Sequence record: SRR2962707_2693
DNA: 20,000 bases
Direction: 5' to 3' (one strand)
Below, piece by piece: positions 17,210-20,000 of the stretch. The notes below the pieces were generated by a model. That model saw only the letters and a list, made by a program, of their open reading frames with translations. It was not told where the DNA came from and did no database searches. The translations under genes and the position numbers were made by a program. Each line of letters opens with the position of its first letter. Position 1 is the first letter of the stretch.

Positions 17210-18253
17210 GTGGAACTCAACGAACGCAAGCAACGGTTACTCATGGCCCTGGTGGAACGTCACATCCGTGACGGCCAGCCAGTGGGCTCGAAAACCCTGG
17301 CCCAGGGGGGCGGCCTGGCGGTAAGCCCGGCGACCATCCGCAATATCATGGCGGAACTGGAGGATCTGGGGTTGTTGATCAGTCCCCACACTTCGGCGGG
17401 CCGGGTGCCCACCGAGCGTGGGTATCGCCTCTATGTGGATACGCTGCTGGCGTCCAGCGCTATGCGCAGCCCGGATCACCAGCAGTTGCGTGATGAATTG
17501 CGCCAGTTGCTGGCACCGGATCAGTCGCCGCAGGAGTTGGTGTCCCAGGCATCCCGTACTCTGGCGGAACTGACCCGCATGGCCGGTCTGGTGGCGGCGC
17601 CAAGACGCCAGGTCAGCACGCTGAGGCAGGTGGAGTTCCTGCCGCTGTCCGGTCAGCGCGTGCTGGTGATTCTGGTGGTGAACCGCTCCGAAGTGCAAAA
17701 CCGTATCATCCATACCGCCCGCCAGTACGATGAGACGGAATTGCGCCAGGCCGCCAACTACATCAATCACACCTACGGTGGTTGTGACCTGGACGCCATC
17801 TGTGACGGCCTGTTGAGCACCATGGCGGCGGACCGGGCGCAGATGGACGCGCTGATGCGGACCACCCTCGACGTGGCCGGTCAGGCCTTGAGGCAGTCCG
17901 GGGAAGAAGAGTCTGATTACGTGGTGTCCGGAGAGTCCAATCTGCTGGATACCGCCCAGGCCGACAGCATCGACAAGCTGCGCGACCTGTTCAATGCCTT
18001 CAACCACAAGCGCGATATCCTGCATCTGCTGGAGCGCAGCATGAAGGCCGATGGCGTGCAGATCTTCATCGGCCGGGAGTCCGGCTACCAGCCGTTCGAG
18101 GAGTATTCGCTGGTGTCGGCGCCGTACCGGCTGGAAAACGGCCCGGTGGGCGTGCTGGCCGTGGTCGGCCCCACCCGCATGGACTATGAAAAAGTCATCC
18201 CCACCGTGGATATCACCGCCCGCATCCTGTCCGCCGCCCTGAATCAACTGTGA
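17210..18253 (+). CDS. hrcA: Heat-inducible transcription repressor
   Basis: PVGSKTL, SPATIRNIMAELE, PHTSAGRVPT, GYRLYVD, GPTRMDY. Confidence 0.97.
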   Translation: MELNERKQRLLMALVERHIRDGQPVGSKTLAQGGGLAVSPATIRNIMAELEDLGLLISPHTSAGRVPTERGYRLYVDTLLASSAMRSPDHQQLRDELRQLLAPDQSPQELVSQASRTLAELTRMAGLVAAPRRQVSTLRQVEFLPLSGQRVLVILVVNRSEVQNRIIHTARQYDETELRQAANYINHTYGGCDLDAICDGLLSTMAADRAQMDALMRTTLDVAGQALRQSGEEESDYVVSGESNLLDTAQADSIDKLRDLFNAFNHKRDILHLLERSMKADGVQIFIGRESGYQPFEEYSLVSAPYRLENGPVGVLAVVGPTRMDYEKVIPTVDITARILSAALNQL

Positions 18254-18390
18254 AAAGCAGTGAACAGTGAATAATGAGCAGTGAATAGCGGCCCGGCTCC
18301 GCGAAAAGGGAGGGCGCGGGCACGGCATTGGTGCTCGGAGGTGTCCTCGCGCGCGCTGTTAGCTCTTCACTATTAACTGTTAACTGCTTT
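18254..18390. repeat. Long imperfect inverted repeat built from heptamers
   Basis: AAAGCAGTGAACAGTGAATAATGA... on the left arm and ...TCACTATTAACTGTTAACTGCTTT on the right arm. Confidence 0.8.
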
Positions 18391-18400
18391 CTCGCTTGCC

Positions 18401-18428
18401 CTTGAATCCGCTCAACCTGTTCCCATAT
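18401..18428 (+). promoter_or_regulatory. sigma32 promoter of grpE
   Basis: CTTGAA-15 nt-CCCATAT. Confidence 0.8.
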
Positions 18429-18480
18429 CTTTGCCCGCCTTCCCGAGATGGATCCCGCATTCGGGTATTTTGGAGTGGAT

Positions 18481-19074
18481 ATGAGCGATCAGGACAAACA
18501 GAAACCCCAAGATGAGGCGGTGACCCAGGATTCAGAACTGGAGAACCCCCAACCTGCCGCCGAGGTGGCTGACGAAGAGGCCGCCGCGGAGCCGGATGCG
18601 GCCCGGCAGCTGGCTGAGGCGCAGGAGCAGATGCAGCGTCTGGAGAAAGCGTTGGCCGAAGCGGACCTGCGTGCCCAGGCGGAAATCCAGAATGTGCGCC
18701 GCCGTGCCGAGCGCGAGGTGGAGAACGCCCATAAGTTCGCCCTGGAGAAGTTCGCCGGTGATCTGCTGTCCGTGGCGGACAGTCTGGAGCGTGGCCTGTC
18801 CACCCTGGATGCCGAGGACGAGGCGCTCAAGCCCGCCCGCGAGGGTCTTGAGCTGACGCTGAAGGTGCTGATGGATGCCTTCGGCCGGCACAACCTGGAG
18901 CAGGTGGATCCCCACGGCGAGCCCTTCAATCCGGAGCGTCACGAAGCAATGACGATGATTCCGGCTCCCGGGGCGGAGCCCAACACCGTGATTGACGTAT
19001 TGGAGAAAGGCTACCTGCTCAACGGCCGCCTGATCCGTCCGGCGCGGGTGGTGGTCAGCAAGGCGGAAGGTTGA
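18481..19074 (+). CDS. grpE: Nucleotide exchange factor GrpE
   Basis: [35 protein letters not shown]. Start is the ATG at 18481, SD GGAG. Confidence 0.97.
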   Translation: MSDQDKQKPQDEAVTQDSELENPQPAAEVADEEAAAEPDAARQLAEAQEQMQRLEKALAEADLRAQAEIQNVRRRAEREVENAHKFALEKFAGDLLSVADSLERGLSTLDAEDEALKPAREGLELTLKVLMDAFGRHNLEQVDPHGEPFNPERHEAMTMIPAPGAEPNTVIDVLEKGYLLNGRLIRPARVVVSKAEG

Positions 19075-19083
19075 TCCGGCTCC

Positions 19084-19111
19084 CTTGAAAAGACTCGGGG
19101 CGCCGCCATAT
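19084..19111 (+). promoter_or_regulatory. sigma32 promoter of dnaK
   Basis: CTTGAA-15 nt-GCCATAT. Confidence 0.75.
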
Positions 19112-19187
19112 AGCTGGCAAGTTCATTGAGGTTCAACTGTCCGGGTGGCCTTTGGCATTCGGATCGTGTGAAGGAGAAACAGACGTT

Positions 19188-20000
<813 letters not shown>

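Overview
Gammaproteobacterial chromosome segment (GC-rich, possibly Alcanivorax-like; this is inference from gene order only). The right half (11.3-20 kb) is housekeeping: ssrA (tmRNA, tag ANDDTYALAA), a small membrane protein, smpB, an SNF-family Na+ symporter, rnfH/ratB without ratA, bamE, fur, recN with an SOS box, hrcA, grpE and the 5' part of dnaK. A ~6.0 kb phage-satellite-like island is integrated at the 3' end of ssrA, bounded by an 18-bp direct repeat (4910-4927 / 10916-10933). All its genes are co-oriented on the minus strand: a P4-type tyrosine integrase cleanly split by an intact IS481-family element (GCTAGC target duplication), two small hypotheticals, a three-way-junction RNA structure ahead of an AT-rich orphan gene, an AlpA-like gene, an HTH gene, an uncalled 57-aa ORF and a multiply mutated pseudogene. 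A 300-bp non-coding tail packed with helically phased repeat pairs ends the island. Left of it lies a carbohydrate-type ABC importer operon ending in an acetamidase/formamidase gene, which may belong to a second, tandem accessory region.
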